From: Nitrospirota bacterium
Lineage (GTDB): Bacteria; Nitrospirota; UBA9217
DNA: 64,000 bases
Assembly: GCA_963741205.1 (NCBI GenBank)
Contig: CAVUHW010000008.1
Coordinates: 128,001 to 192,000 of the forward strand
Direction: 5' to 3'
The translations under genes and the position numbers were made by a program. This document shows positions 44,921-55,639 of the stretch, piece by piece (within the stretch, counting starts at the first letter, position 1; the number at the start of each line of letters is the position of its first letter). The notes beneath the pieces are model-generated. The model saw only the letters and a program-made list of their open reading frames with translations. It did no database searches and was not told the DNA's origin.

Positions 44921-45061
44921 TTAATGAATTGTTCGCTCTCTTTCGAAGACCCGGTATTGACAGAAAATGCACAGCGTCTCCGTTTCTTCCGACCAGAGTC
45001 CTACCTCGCCGCCGCATTTCGGACAGGTGGTGACGAGGTCAAGCACGCTGGCAAGCTCCAT
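44921..45061 (-). CDS. Small zinc-ribbon protein (start uncertain)
   Basis: CPKCG...CIFC. Confidence 0.6.
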   Translation of the reverse strand: MELASVLDLVTTCPKCGGEVGLWSEETETLCIFCQYRVFERERTIH

Positions 45062-45080
45062 TATGGATGACTTTTTTGTT

Positions 45081-45534
45081 TTATGCTTTGACAGGCTCCC
45101 TCTCATGTGCTTTCCTCCATCCTTCCTGTGCTAGCCGCGCCATCCGGCTGTTTCCCCAGGACTTGATTTCCTCGAAGTACCGTTTGCGGTCCGTCTTGGC
45201 AAGCCGGACCAGCTGTTCCCGTTCCCGAACGGAATCGATATGATCCGACGGGGTCACGCCCCTCCATGTGCAGTAACCCTCGTCAAAGATATATTCGGGG
45301 GACACTTGGTGGGGCAGGGGCTACCTTTTGCAGCATGCAGCGCGCCAAGTCCATATCGTAGGCAATGACCCACCCGTTATCGGAAAGCATGGTCGCGGGG
45401 TCAAAGGCGACCTCGCCCGAACACTCGGGACAGAACATCCCGGTGATGACTTCATGGGGAAGGACCTCATCTTTGAAATTAAAGCTTGCATGGTTCTTTC
45501 CACAAGAACAATGAATACTATGATCTATGCACAT
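45081..45534 (-). CDS. Cys-rich hypothetical protein (frameshift near 45310)
   Basis: MCIDHSIHCSCG...FCPECS, continuing as PEYIFDEGYCTW...EGWRKA; overlaps the perR end; RBS GGAGG. Confidence 0.7.
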
Positions 45535-45955
45535 TGACAGCCTCCTTCGTTGTTTTATTCTTGTCCGTTTTACATTCCGGGCAGAGCCCGTAAAATTCCA
45601 CATGACTTTCAATGACCGCAAAATCCTGTTTTTCGACTTCGGGAAGGTCGAGATGGCGCTCGCCGGGAACATCGACGATCCGTTTGCAGGAAATGCAGAT
45701 CAAGTGGTTGTGTGGCCCGGTATCAGGGTCATATCGTTTTTTGTCCGGATCGAGCGTCAGCTCAATAACGTATCCCTTGTCCTTCAGGGCTGCAAGTGTG
45801 CTGTAGACCGTTGCCAGCGACATGGTCGGAAACTTATCATGCACGGCCCGGTAGATGTCGTCCGCAGAGGGATGCGCCTTGTTCCCCTGGAGATAATCCA
45901 GAATGGTCAGCCGCTGGGGCGTCAGTTTTAATCCGATGTCACGATAGTTTTCCAT
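45518..45955 (-). CDS. perR: Fur-family peroxide regulator
   Basis: LTPQR, HPSADD, SLATVY, HNHLICISC, GLCPEC; upstream of sod and rbr. Confidence 0.85.
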   Translation of the reverse strand: MENYRDIGLKLTPQRLTILDYLQGNKAHPSADDIYRAVHDKFPTMSLATVYSTLAALKDKGYVIELTLDPDKKRYDPDTGPHNHLICISCKRIVDVPGERHLDLPEVEKQDFAVIESHVEFYGLCPECKTDKNKTTKEAVNVHRS

Positions 45956-45977
45956 AAAGTTTACTAACTTGTAACCG

Positions 45978-46023
45978 ATTATAATATAGAAACTATTACT
46001 TGTCAATAGTAATTATTAGTTAA
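45978..46023 (-). promoter_or_regulatory. Consensus sigma70 promoter of perR overlapped by Per/Fur-like boxes
   Basis: TTGACA(46006-46001)-17-TATAAT(45983-45978); AT-rich dyads AATAGTAATTATTAGTT and ATAGAAACTATTACT. Confidence 0.85.
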
Positions 46024-46156
46024 TTTCTGTTATCATTCGTTCATGGCGGATGGAGATGGGCGGATGGCAGGTACATGCTGGAATGCATTTTGTGTGACCA
46101 TGTACCCGACTCATTTGTATATCAGCATGCAGTTGAGCGTATTTAACATCATATAT

Positions 46157-46192
46157 TGCCTATTAATTAATCATGTGCCTAAATTATCAGCT
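46157..46192 (+). promoter_or_regulatory. Tandem putative NtrC-type enhancer sites
   Basis: TGCCTATTAATTAATCA and TGCCTAAATTA at 19-bp period. Confidence 0.55.
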
Positions 46193-46289
46193 TTAAGAAT
46201 TGCGGAGATGATACGGTGTCACATATTTTACAGGCACTAATAGAACCACCAAATCAACGAGTTAATGTAATCTCAGGTGCCTATATGAG

Positions 46290-46305
46290 TGGCACAGGCC
46301 TTGCT
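46290..46305 (+). promoter_or_regulatory. Sigma-54 promoter of amt3
   Basis: TGGCACAGGCCTTGCT, identical to 30203-30218. Confidence 0.88.
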
Positions 46306-46529
46306 ACTCAAGTATAGAGATACTTTTCCTGAGGCAATCTATTCAGAATACTCCGTAGACGACAGTGGGGAGGTGGTGAACCGATTCGAGCTGCTTGAGC
46401 GCTCAGATTTGTCGTACATCGTGCATCACAGCCGGAAGACTCCATGTCCCACGCGGTCCGGGTTCATGAATGTTCTTTGAAAACCTGATTTTTACAATCT
46501 GATTACTTAAACAGGGAGGATAGTGTTCA

Positions 46530-47879
46530 ATGGATGAAAGACGTTTTTCAGAATCATTGCGGCTCGTGCTGCTCTCACTGGCGGTATTCTTGCCGCTTGC
46601 AGCCATGGCCCAGGACGCAGTTTCCGCTTCACCGTCGCAGTTCCGGCGGCAAAAATTGATACCGGCGATACGGCCTGGATCCTCGTTTCAACTGCCCTCG
46701 TGATGCTCATGACGCCGGGGCTCGCCATGTTTTACGGCGGCATGGTGCGAAGGAAGAACGTGCTCGGGACGATCATGCACAGTTTCATCGCTATTGCGCT
46801 GGTCAGTCTGCAGTGGATTTTGTTCGGGTACTCGCTCTCGTTCGGTCCCGACGTCAAGGGACTGATCGGGAGACTTCAGCTGGGCCGGGTTGGCCGGCGT
46901 CGGCCTGACACCGAACGCGGATTATGCGCCCACCATCCCCCATCTCCTTGTTCATGGCTGTACCAGATGATGTTCGCGGTGATCACGCCCGCGCTTATCA
47001 GCGGCGCGGTGGCGGAGCGGATGAAGTTTTCCACGTTCTTATTTTTACTCTTGCCTGGACCACGATCGTGTACGATCCCGTGGCCCACTGGGTCTGGGGG
47101 ACGGGCGGATGGCTCAAGAACCTCGGGGTACTCGATTTCGCCGGCGGCATCGTGGTGCATGCGACCTCCGGTTTTTCGGCGCTGGCGGCCGCGCTCTACA
47201 TAGGGAAGCGGAAGGGTTTCCTGCACGAGCATATGCCGCCCCATAATCTGCCGATGACGGTGCTCGGGGCGGGGCTTTTGTGGTTCGGCTGGTTCGGGTT
47301 TAACGCCGGGAGCGCCTTGTCGTCGGGGACCCTGGCGACCATGGCGTTCCTGACGACCCATATCGCCGCCTCGTCCGCGACGGTAACGTGGGTGATCGTT
47401 GAATGGCTCCACCGCGGCAAACCGACGATGTTCGGGGCCGCAACGGGCTCCATCGCGGGGCTCGCCACGATCACCCCCGCGGCGGGATTTGTCGGGCCCT
47501 TTCCGGCGCTTTGCATCGGAGTTGCGGCGGGCATCCTCTGCTACATTGCACTTCAATGCAAAGTCGCACTTCGCGTACGACGATTCCCTCGACGCCTTCG
47601 GCGTGCACGGCGTGGGCGGGACGCTCGGGACGCTCATGGCCGGCCTGTTTGCCTCCGTCGCCATCAACGCCGCGGGCGCGAATGGAATGTTCTTCGGGAA
47701 CGCGAAGCAGTTCTTCATCCAGGCGGGAGCAGTGGCCCTGGTCGCACTCTATTCGTTCGTCGCCAGCTTCGTGATGCTGAAGGTTCTTGATGCGGCGATG
47801 GGCCTGCGGATTCGAAGCTGAGCAGGAGACCGAGGGACTCGACATCAGCCAGCACGGCGAGGCGGGGTACGCGCTGTAG
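46530..47879 (+). CDS. amtB: Ammonium transporter 3, no adjacent PII (several frameshifts)
   Basis: [67 protein letters not shown]. Confidence 0.9.
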
Positions 47880-47978
47880 AAGATGTGATTTATAGCCTCG
47901 GAGAACGCAGGGGATATGGAAGTCGGTCGCAAATTCTGAGCGATCCTTTTCCTCCGCTCCCCGATCTTCGGTGACAGT

Positions 47979-48855
47979 CTAGTTTATGCCGTTTTGCGCT
48001 GCACGAGATAAACGCCGGCGAGAATTGCCGCTCCGCCGGCAATCTGGAGGGCGGCGATCTTCTCGCCCGCGGCGAGGACCGCGAAGAGGACCGCCGCGAA
48101 GGGCATGACGTAGTGATACACAATGGTCCGGGTGACGCCGATCTGTTTCACTCCCCGGTACCAGAGGGCGTAGGCAGCTCCTCCCGCGATGAAGGCGGAA
48201 AACGCCGTGGCGGACCATGAGAAGACCGGAAATGGCGGTCCAGCGCTGGCTGATCAATCCCGGCAGGCTCAGGGGCAGAAGCAGGACGCATCCGGCGAAC
48301 ATGCTGTAGGAGGCGATCTTGACGGCGGAATATTTTTCCAGCAGAGGCCTTGCGGACGCGGTATAGACCGCCCAGGTGAGAGGCGCGCCGAGGGTCAACA
48401 GATCCCCGGCGATTCCCGCGGAGGAGAAACCCGGCGTCGCCGTAGTGACTCCTGATGATGAGGAAGACACCGGCGGTCGAGAGCGCAAGGCCCGCGCCGG
48501 CGCGCACGGTCAGGCGTTCCTTGCCCCATGCGGCGCTGATCAGCGCACCGAACAGCGGCGACAGGGATACGAGGAGCGCCGAATTCGCGACGGTCGTGTA
48601 CTTGAGGCCGTACATGAAAAAGATGTTGAACAGGGTGATGCCGATGAACCCGAGCTTGATGATGGCGAAACGGTCCCCGCGTTCGATGGCGAGCGGCTCC
48701 CGCGTGACGAGCATCACGGCGATGAGAAAAACGGCCGCAAGGCCGAAGCGGATCATGGTGAAACCCAGAGGATGAAAGTCCGCGAGCGCCAACTTTACGG
48801 CCGAGAAATTGACGCCCCAGACGACGGCGACGAATAGGAGACGGAGATCGAACAT
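47979..48855 (-). CDS. EamA/DMT family transporter (frameshifted)
   Basis: VWGVNFSAVK, GLKYTTVANS, GDLLTL; two-repeat DMT layout. Confidence 0.85.
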
Positions 48856-48865
48856 AATTTCTGAA

Positions 48866-48957
48866 CGCGGAATACGGAAGGCGGAACAAAAATCGGAAGA
48901 ATAGAAGGCTGCTCTACCTGTTTTTCATTCCGAAATCCGCAAGCTGCAATCCGCAAT
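48866..48957. repeat. Heptamer inverted repeat cluster (GCGGAAT / AATCCGC)
   Basis: GCGGAAT-ACGGAAG-GCGGAAC ... ATTCCGA-AATCCGC-AAGCTGC-AATCCGC. Confidence 0.6.
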
Positions 48958-49016
48958 TGAAACAACTATACCGGAAAGAGCTTGAATACTCAAATATATT
49001 GTGTTATCAATGAAGC

Positions 49017-50135
49017 ATGGAAGCGCCCAGTCACCGAATAGAGGATATCGCCGCGGACATCCTGACCGGGATCATCGACGGCGTGGTTGTCACCGATGTC
49101 GAGGGACGCGTGCTCATCTGGAACCGGGCGGCCGAGGAATTGACAGGGATCGCCGGGTCCGACGCCGTCGGGAAGCACCTGCGGGCCGTCCTGTCGGAGA
49201 ACCCGGCCGTGGTGGGGCAGGTTGAAAAAACCGTTGCCTCGGGAAGGTCCTATTCCGACTATGAGGCAGAGATCGCGGTAAGGCACGGTCCTCAGCAGCC
49301 CGTAGGTCTGGTTACGAGCATGCTGACGGACGAGATGGGCAGACCCACGGGCGTGATCCTCACCATCCGCGACCAGACAGGCGTCCGGGACCTGAAGGAG
49401 CGTATGCGCAGGTCGGACCGTCTGGCCACGCTCGGCATGATCGCGGCCGGCATCGCGCACGAGGTGAAAAACCCGCTTGCCGGGATCCGCGGCGCCGCGC
49501 AGCTCATGAAGTCGGACATCCGGTCCGGAAGCCAGGAGTGTCCGGGCGCCGGCAAGAGCCTGACCGAATATCTCGACGTGATCCTGAAGGAGTCGGACCG
49601 CCTGAACAAGGTGCTGGAAGGAATCCTCGATTTCACGCGGCTCAAACCCCGCGAGGCGAAGGCTTCGAACATCCACAGCATTCTGGACCGCGTGCTGCTC
49701 CTGAACGAGGAGAGCGCGCGGCAGCGCGGCATCGTGCTTACCAGGCTCTATGACCCGAGTCTGCCCGAGGTCTACGGCAGCGAAGACCAGCTCATTCAGG
49801 TTTTTTTGAACATCATCAAGAACGCCGTGGAGGCCATGCCCAGGGGCGGGAAGCTTACCGTCATGACGCGCATGTCTGACCTGTTCACGACCGTGCAGTC
49901 CGATGGCAGGAAATACCAGCTCATGGTGGTGAAGGTGAGCGACACGGGCCAGGGGATCAAGCAGGAACATCTGCAGGACATCTTCACACCCTTCTTCACG
50001 ACCAAGGACCGGGGCGTGGGCCTGGGGCTGGCGCTCTCGTACCAGATCGTGCAGGAGCACCTGGGAACGATCCGGGTCGAGAGCCAGGAGAACGAGGGCA
50101 CGACGTTCAGCGTGTATTTGCCGCTGGCGGGGTGA
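49017..50135 (+). CDS. ntrB: PAS-domain sensor histidine kinase, NtrB-like
   Basis: PAS domain; AHEVKNPLAGIRGAAQL H-box, YDPSLP, NIIKNA, DTGQG, GVGLGL. Confidence 0.88.
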   Translation: MEAPSHRIEDIAADILTGIIDGVVVTDVEGRVLIWNRAAEELTGIAGSDAVGKHLRAVLSENPAVVGQVEKTVASGRSYSDYEAEIAVRHGPQQPVGLVTSMLTDEMGRPTGVILTIRDQTGVRDLKERMRRSDRLATLGMIAAGIAHEVKNPLAGIRGAAQLMKSDIRSGSQECPGAGKSLTEYLDVILKESDRLNKVLEGILDFTRLKPREAKASNIHSILDRVLLLNEESARQRGIVLTRLYDPSLPEVYGSEDQLIQVFLNIIKNAVEAMPRGGKLTVMTRMSDLFTTVQSDGRKYQLMVVKVSDTGQGIKQEHLQDIFTPFFTTKDRGVGLGLALSYQIVQEHLGTIRVESQENEGTTFSVYLPLAG

Positions 50136-50136
50136 G

Positions 50137-50210
50137 GCGCATAGTGCATGGCGCAAAGCGCATAGCGTAAAAGTCTTAAACGCCATGCGCTATGCGCTCA
50201 GCGCTATGCG
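50137..50210. repeat. Heptamer inverted repeat cluster (GCGCATA / TATGCGC)
   Basis: Tandem GCGCATA-like units followed by complementary units, between ntrB and ntrC. Confidence 0.65.
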
Positions 50211-50223
50211 AATTTAATGCATT

Positions 50224-51680
50224 ATGACCAATGAACGAGTACTCATAGCCGACGACGACGAGAGCCTCCGGTGGGTGCTCAAGAAGGCCCTCGAAAAAGA
50301 GGGCATCGAGACGGCCCTTGCCAAGGACGGCAACGAGGCGCTTGAGCGGCTCAAAGAAGGCGATATCTCGATCGTGCTGATGGACATCCGCATGCCCGGG
50401 ATGGGAGGGTTCGAGGCCCTCGACAAGATCCGGTCCTCGGGTGACGGACCGTCGGTCATCATCATGACCGGCCAGGCCACGATGCAGAACGCCATTGAAG
50501 CCATGCGCCGCGGCGCCTTCGACTACATCACCAAGCCCTTTGACCTCGACGAGGTGAACATCCTCGTCCGGAAGGCGCATTGAGGTCAGGCGTCTGTCGC
50601 AGGAAGTGAACCGCGCTCCGTGCCGAGGTGCGGGAAAAGTACGAGGGCGGGCTCGTGGGCAACACGGCCGCCATGCAGGAGATCTACAAGACCATCGGCC
50701 GCGTCGCGGAGAGCGACGCGACGGTCCTGATCCACGGCGAGAGCGGCACGGGCAAGGAGCTTGTGGCCCGGGCCATTCACTACCACAGCAAGCGGGCCGG
50801 CCGGCCCTTCGTGGCCGTGAACTCCGCGGCCATCCCGTCGGAGCTCCTGGAGAGCGAGCTCTTCGGCCATGAGAAAGGCGCCTTTACCGGCGCGGTCGCC
50901 CGCAAGATCGGCAAGTTCGAGGCGGCGGCGGGCGGGACCCTGTTTCTGGACGAGATCGGCGACATGAACCTGCCGCTCCAGGGCAAGCTTTTGCGCGTGC
51001 TGCAGGAGAAGGAGTTCGAGCGCGTGGGCGGCACCGAGCCGATCAAGACGGATGTGCGCGTCCTGGCCGCGACCCACCATAACCTCGAAAAGATGGTTCA
51101 CGAGAAACGTTTCCGCGAGGACCTGTTCTACCGTCTGAACGTGATCCAGATCAACATCCCGCCGCTCAGGAAGCGCAAGGACGACATCGTCGCGCTGGCC
51201 GAGTTCTTCATGCAGAAATACCAGGGCGGCGACGCGAAGAAGAAGGTCCTGACCCCCGAGACGCTCAAGATCCTCCGCGCCTATGACTGGCCGGGAAACG
51301 TGCGCGAGCTGGAGAACGCCGTTCAGCGCGCCATCACCCTGTCCCAGGGCGATAAGATATTTCCCGACTCTTTGCCGCCGCAGATTTTCAAGCCCGGTCA
51401 GGGCGCGCACTTATCCTTCGAAAATTTTCTCGAAGAGAAGCTCGCCGACCTCGTGGAGCGAATGGGCGGGCTCGAGCGGGGCGACATCTATTCCCTGGTG
51501 CTCCACCGCGTGGAAAAGCCGCTCATCACCCTGGTTCTCAAAAAGACCGACGGCAACCAGGTCCGCGCCGCCCACCTCTTAGGCATCAACCGCAACACCC
51601 TCCGGAAGAAGATCAAGGAACTGGCGATCAAGGGGCCCTTCAGCGCTGAGGAGGAAGAGGGAACGGAAGAGGAAGAGTGA
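50224..51680 (+). CDS. ntrC: Sigma-54 response regulator NtrC-like (frameshift at about 50580-50625)
   Basis: REC domain; [32 protein letters not shown]; Fis-type [14 protein letters not shown]. Confidence 0.9.
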
Positions 51681-51687
51681 GGCGCGT

Positions 51688-53142
51688 TCAGATCCTGTCC
51701 AGTAATGCCGTCATGCGATGCAGTTCCTTCCAGCGTCTATAGCGTTTTTCCACGCCCGCATTTGCCCGCCCTGTTACGGTCTCTCCCGGCATGGTCATGT
51801 TGCTAATGCTCTCCGCTGACCAGGCGCCTTGTTCCAGGCCCGCCAGGAGCGCGGCGCCCCGGGCCGAGATTTCCTGCTCGCTGCTTACGCGGAGGTCTTT
51901 CCGCAGAAGATCTGCCTGGACCTGGACAAGGTAGGAGAGCGAGGACAGCCCTCCGGAAAGTAAGAACCGCGACGGTTTGATGCCTGCCGACCCCACCGCC
52001 TCCGCGATGTCGTTCATAAAGAACGCGATGCCTTCAACGGTCCCTCGTACGATGTCCGCAGCCGTGGTCCGCCCGGTCATACCGTGTAGAGAGCTCGAAA
52101 TGTCCGTTTCCCAATGCGGAGCGCCGGTCCCGTTCAAGCCGATAAAGACAACCGCGTCGGATGCCGCCTTCCAGCACAGGTCGTCCACCTCATCGTATCC
52201 CGAAATAAGGCCGAAATTCTCCTTAAGCCATGCGAGGGCATCACCCGCGGCGTTGACGCTCCCTTCGAGAAGATAGCGGTTCCCGTCCTTCGAGGAGCGC
52301 AGGACCGAGGCCATTAATGACTGAGTTCTTATAAGGTCTTTCCCTGTGTTGACCAGGAGAAAGCCCCCCGTGCCGAAGTTGATGACGCCGGCGTCCTTTT
52401 CCAGCGCCCCGAGCCCGATCATGGCGGCCTGCTGGTCCCCCACGCAGGCGATAAGAGGGGCGTCTCCGGCCGCGGTCCTGACCGTACCAAAGGGACCCGC
52501 GGTCGGCCGGAGCTTCGGCAGATTGATCCGTCCGAGGCCGAAGAGGTCCTTGAGTTCGTCATCCCAGGCGAGAGATTGGATGTTCATCAGGAGGGTCCTG
52601 GCGGCGCTTGCGTGGTCTATCAGGGCGCGTTGCCCTTCTGTCAAGCGCTGGACAAGAAAACTGCTGAGCGTGCCGAACACCGTCGAGGCCTGCATGGCAT
52701 CGGGGTGATGGTCTTTGAGCCAGCGGAATTTGGTCGCGGAATAGTAGGAGGTGAGCGGAAGCCCCGTTTTTTCGAAAATAAATTCCTTCCGGTCCGTCAA
52801 GTGCCGCGCCAGCTCCTGTCCCCGCGTGTCCCTCCAGCTCAGGACCGGAGAAAGGGGCTGACCCGTGTCTTCATTCCAGATGAGGCATGACGAACGCTGG
52901 CAGGAGAGGCCGATGCCGGGAACGGCAAAATTTGAAGACCGGGCGTATTCCATGGACGCCCGAAGAACTTCCTGCGCCGATGCCAGGATCTCGAGGGGGT
53001 CCTGTTCGACGAGCGGGCCTTCGCGAAATGGGGCCTGCAGTTCTCGCCGGTCCTGGAACAGAACCGCGCCCCCGGCATCCAGGACCACCGCCTTGGTCGA
53101 GCTGCTTCCCTGGTCGATACCTATGAATGCCTTGTCAGCCAA
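51688..53142 (-). CDS. FGGY carbohydrate kinase, glycerol kinase-like
   Basis: GIDQGSSSTK, CQRSS, SWRDTR, GDQQAA, FGTGGF, LEGS, GAPHW. Confidence 0.88.
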   Translation of the reverse strand: MADKAFIGIDQGSSSTKAVVLDAGGAVLFQDRRELQAPFREGPLVEQDPLEILASAQEVLRASMEYARSSNFAVPGIGLSCQRSSCLIWNEDTGQPLSPVLSWRDTRGQELARHLTDRKEFIFEKTGLPLTSYYSATKFRWLKDHHPDAMQASTVFGTLSSFLVQRLTEGQRALIDHASAARTLLMNIQSLAWDDELKDLFGLGRINLPKLRPTAGPFGTVRTAAGDAPLIACVGDQQAAMIGLGALEKDAGVINFGTGGFLLVNTGKDLIRTQSLMASVLRSSKDGNRYLLEGSVNAAGDALAWLKENFGLISGYDEVDDLCWKAASDAVVFIGLNGTGAPHWETDISSSLHGMTGRTTAADIVRGTVEGIAFFMNDIAEAVGSAGIKPSRFLLSGGLSSLSYLVQVQADLLRKDLRVSSEQEISARGAALLAGLEQGAWSAESISNMTMPGETVTGRANAGVEKRYRRWKELHRMTALLDRI

Positions 53143-53277
53143 GAATGATCACCGCCTGGAACGGCCATCAGCAGTTCACGCTGATGTTTTAATTTTTTTT
53201 GAAGTTTGTCCGGGTGTGATGATAACGGCACATCGTAGAGTGTCAGGGTAGTGGGTTCTGTCCGCCGCCAACAGCAG

Positions 53278-53949
53278 TTATTTTGTTTTCTCCGTTTTCA
53301 CCGAAGCATCGAAGCGTTTCAGGTAGTCGCTTGCAAACTTCTCGGCGTCGCACCGGAGGACTTTTGCGTACAGACAGAGGAAACCCCGGATATACGTCCT
53401 CGCGGGCAGCTTCCGGAAATTTTCTTCCTCGATGAATTCCAGGTACCGTATGCTCACCCTCGTCAAGTCCGCAATGGCCCGCAGGGTCTGCCCGCTCTGC
53501 TCCCGCAGGGCCTTGATGGCGGGACCGGTAAATTCTCCGGTGAATTCACAGACCGGCTTCGCCTCTTCAGGCGCCAAGCCGCGCATCTGCAGCGGGACGG
53601 AGGCGAGACCGGAGAGGCGCGTCGTGTCCACCGGCGGCGCCACCTGCTGCACGGGCTCGGCGGGGCTGGATTGCGGAGGGAGGGAAGCCTCCGGTTCAGG
53701 TACTTCGCCCCTCAACGAGATGTCGTATTGCCTGCGGTTGTCCTCGTACAGGAGCGTGCGGTATGCTTCTTCGAGCCTCAGTTGCACCGCGGCGGTTTCT
53801 TCAGGACTAAAGAGCGAGTAAAGGGCGATGGAGTTCGGGTCGTAGATCTTCCTCAGCCGTTCATAGGCCTTGTGAATCTCCTGGGTCGTGGCCGTGGGGC
53901 TCACTTCCAGCAGTTCGTAGAAATTCAGGTCTTCTATTTTTTTAATCAT
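53278..53949 (-). CDS. Degenerate J-domain plus RodZ-like HTH protein
   Basis: FYELLEV...EIHKAY...EEAYRTL...RRQYD, with no HPD motif; IKALRE..GQTL..IA..TRVS.RYLEFIE...YIRGFL. Confidence 0.8.
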   Translation of the reverse strand: MIKKIEDLNFYELLEVSPTATTQEIHKAYERLRKIYDPNSIALYSLFSPEETAAVQLRLEEAYRTLLYEDNRRQYDISLRGEVPEPEASLPPQSSPAEPVQQVAPPVDTTRLSGLASVPLQMRGLAPEEAKPVCEFTGEFTGPAIKALREQSGQTLRAIADLTRVSIRYLEFIEEENFRKLPARTYIRGFLCLYAKVLRCDAEKFASDYLKRFDASVKTEKTK

Positions 53950-53984
53950 GAAGCCACTCCTCAAGGCCTGCAAGCATGCGGGCG

Positions 53985-54932
53985 CTAGTACAGCACGCTG
54001 GGAGTCAGTTGTTCCTTCCGGAGCACGTTATTGACGATGCGTTCGATGCCCCGCGACGGCCGCGAAAAGGGGTATTCGACGGCGAGGGGCCGTTTGCTCC
54101 GGATGGACTGCCAGACGCAGTCGTCGTAATCGACATAGCCCAGGTATTCCACGTCGATCCCGAAATATTTCCCGCAGGCGCTCTTCATCGAGAACCCGAT
54201 CTGGATGTCGTTTTTGGTCCGCACCTGGTTCATGATCAGCTTGGGCTTGAACTTGATCATTTCGAGATCGAGGAGCTCGCCGACATCCCGGTCCATGGTC
54301 TTTATGCGCTCTATGAGGTCATGGGGCGTCCGAAGGCCCATGGCGTTCTTCTGGTCCATGGCCGTATCGATGACGGTCTTTACGTTTCGGTTGTTCACCA
54401 CGAGTTTTTTGAACCTGCGGTAAAAGGCGCTCTTGATGAACCGGTAGGCGTTCTCGATCGCCGTGGGCTCAGGCATGACCACCAGGATGCCGTGGTCGGA
54501 GAAGAGGAAGAAGTCGAGGATGTTGAACGAGGTGCCCGCTCCGAGGTCGAGAAGGATGTAATCGGTGTCCAGGGAATCAAGGTTTCTGAGCAGCCGCGCC
54601 TTCTGCGCGAAATTGGGGTTGGCCGCGTCGAGGAAGTCCTGGGCGCCGCTGATGAGGCTCAGGTTCGGAATGCTCGTCTCGATGATTACATCCCGGAGGC
54701 TCTCCACGCGGCGGCTCAAGAAATCGGAGAGCGTCATTTCCGGCACGCCGATTCCCAGGGTGGTGTGGAGGTTCGCGCCGCCCAAATCAGCGTCGACAAG
54801 AAGGACCTTCTTATTAAGACGCGCGAGATGTATGCCCATATTGCCGGTGATCAGGCTCTTACCGATACCGCCCTTGCCACCGCCGATGGCCCATATCTCT
54901 TTCTTGCGCAGGATATCCTGGAGTTCAGTCAT
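53985..54932 (-). CDS. MinD/FlhG-like P-loop ATPase
   Basis: GGGKGGIGKS deviant Walker A, VDADLGGANL, LDLGAG, PEPTAIENAY. Confidence 0.88.
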   Translation of the reverse strand: MTELQDILRKKEIWAIGGGKGGIGKSLITGNMGIHLARLNKKVLLVDADLGGANLHTTLGIGVPEMTLSDFLSRRVESLRDVIIETSIPNLSLISGAQDFLDAANPNFAQKARLLRNLDSLDTDYILLDLGAGTSFNILDFFLFSDHGILVVMPEPTAIENAYRFIKSAFYRRFKKLVVNNRNVKTVIDTAMDQKNAMGLRTPHDLIERIKTMDRDVGELLDLEMIKFKPKLIMNQVRTKNDIQIGFSMKSACGKYFGIDVEYLGYVDYDDCVWQSIRSKRPLAVEYPFSRPSRGIERIVNNVLRKEQLTPSVLY

Positions 54933-55606
54933 TCCGAAACATTCTCCTCGGTCACGGCGGCTGTCATGGATTCGTCTTCCTCCGCTCCGCCGGGAGCTGT
55001 TTCATCCTGTGCGGTTTCCTCCGCCGGCGCCGCGGCGCCTCCCTCGACGACCGGTATTTCTTCCATGACCTCTTCCGCGGCCTCGAGTTCCTGGAATTCC
55101 TTGAGCGTCGGAAGGGCCGAAAGGTCCTTCATGCCGAAATACTGGAGAAACTCCGGCGTCGTGCCGTACATGATGGGCTTGCCCGGCACGTCCTTCTTCC
55201 CCACGATCTTCACGAGGCGTCGTTCCATCAGGTTCCGCATGATCCCGCCGATGTTCACGCCGCGGATAGCCTCCACCTCGGTGCGCGTGATAGGCTGTTT
55301 GTAGGCCACGATTGCGAGCGTCTCAAGCGCAGGACGGGAAAGCTTTGACGATGCCTTGACGGATTTGAACTTCCTGATCCAGGAAGCGTACTCCGGTCTC
55401 GTCGCGAGCTGGTGCCCTCCGGCCACTTCGGCAAGCATGATGCCCGCGCCCCGGTCGTCGTACTCACGGCCGAGCGAGGCGAGCTGGGCTTCGATTTGTT
55501 CCGGCGACGCATCCTCGAACAGGCCCTTCAGTCTGTCCGCAGACAGGGGATTACCCGCCACGAAGAGGAGCGCCTCGATTGCCGATTTCAATTGCTGATC
55601 GTCCAA
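54929..55606 (-). CDS. scpB: SMC-Scp complex subunit ScpB
   Basis: IEALLF, LSRPALETLAIVAYKQPITR, IRGV, YGTT.EFL.YFG. Confidence 0.95.
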   Translation of the reverse strand: MDDQQLKSAIEALLFVAGNPLSADRLKGLFEDASPEQIEAQLASLGREYDDRGAGIMLAEVAGGHQLATRPEYASWIRKFKSVKASSKLSRPALETLAIVAYKQPITRTEVEAIRGVNIGGIMRNLMERRLVKIVGKKDVPGKPIMYGTTPEFLQYFGMKDLSALPTLKEFQELEAAEEVMEEIPVVEGGAAAPAEETAQDETAPGGAEEDESMTAAVTEENVSE

Positions 55607-55639
55607 AATAGGACCTCACAAAAAAGGAAAGAATGAATG

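Noticed and set aside
50575-50630. Split ntrC as programmed frameshifting or a separate receiver gene
   Set aside because: No slippery site or stimulatory structure; same pattern as the many other indels in the window.
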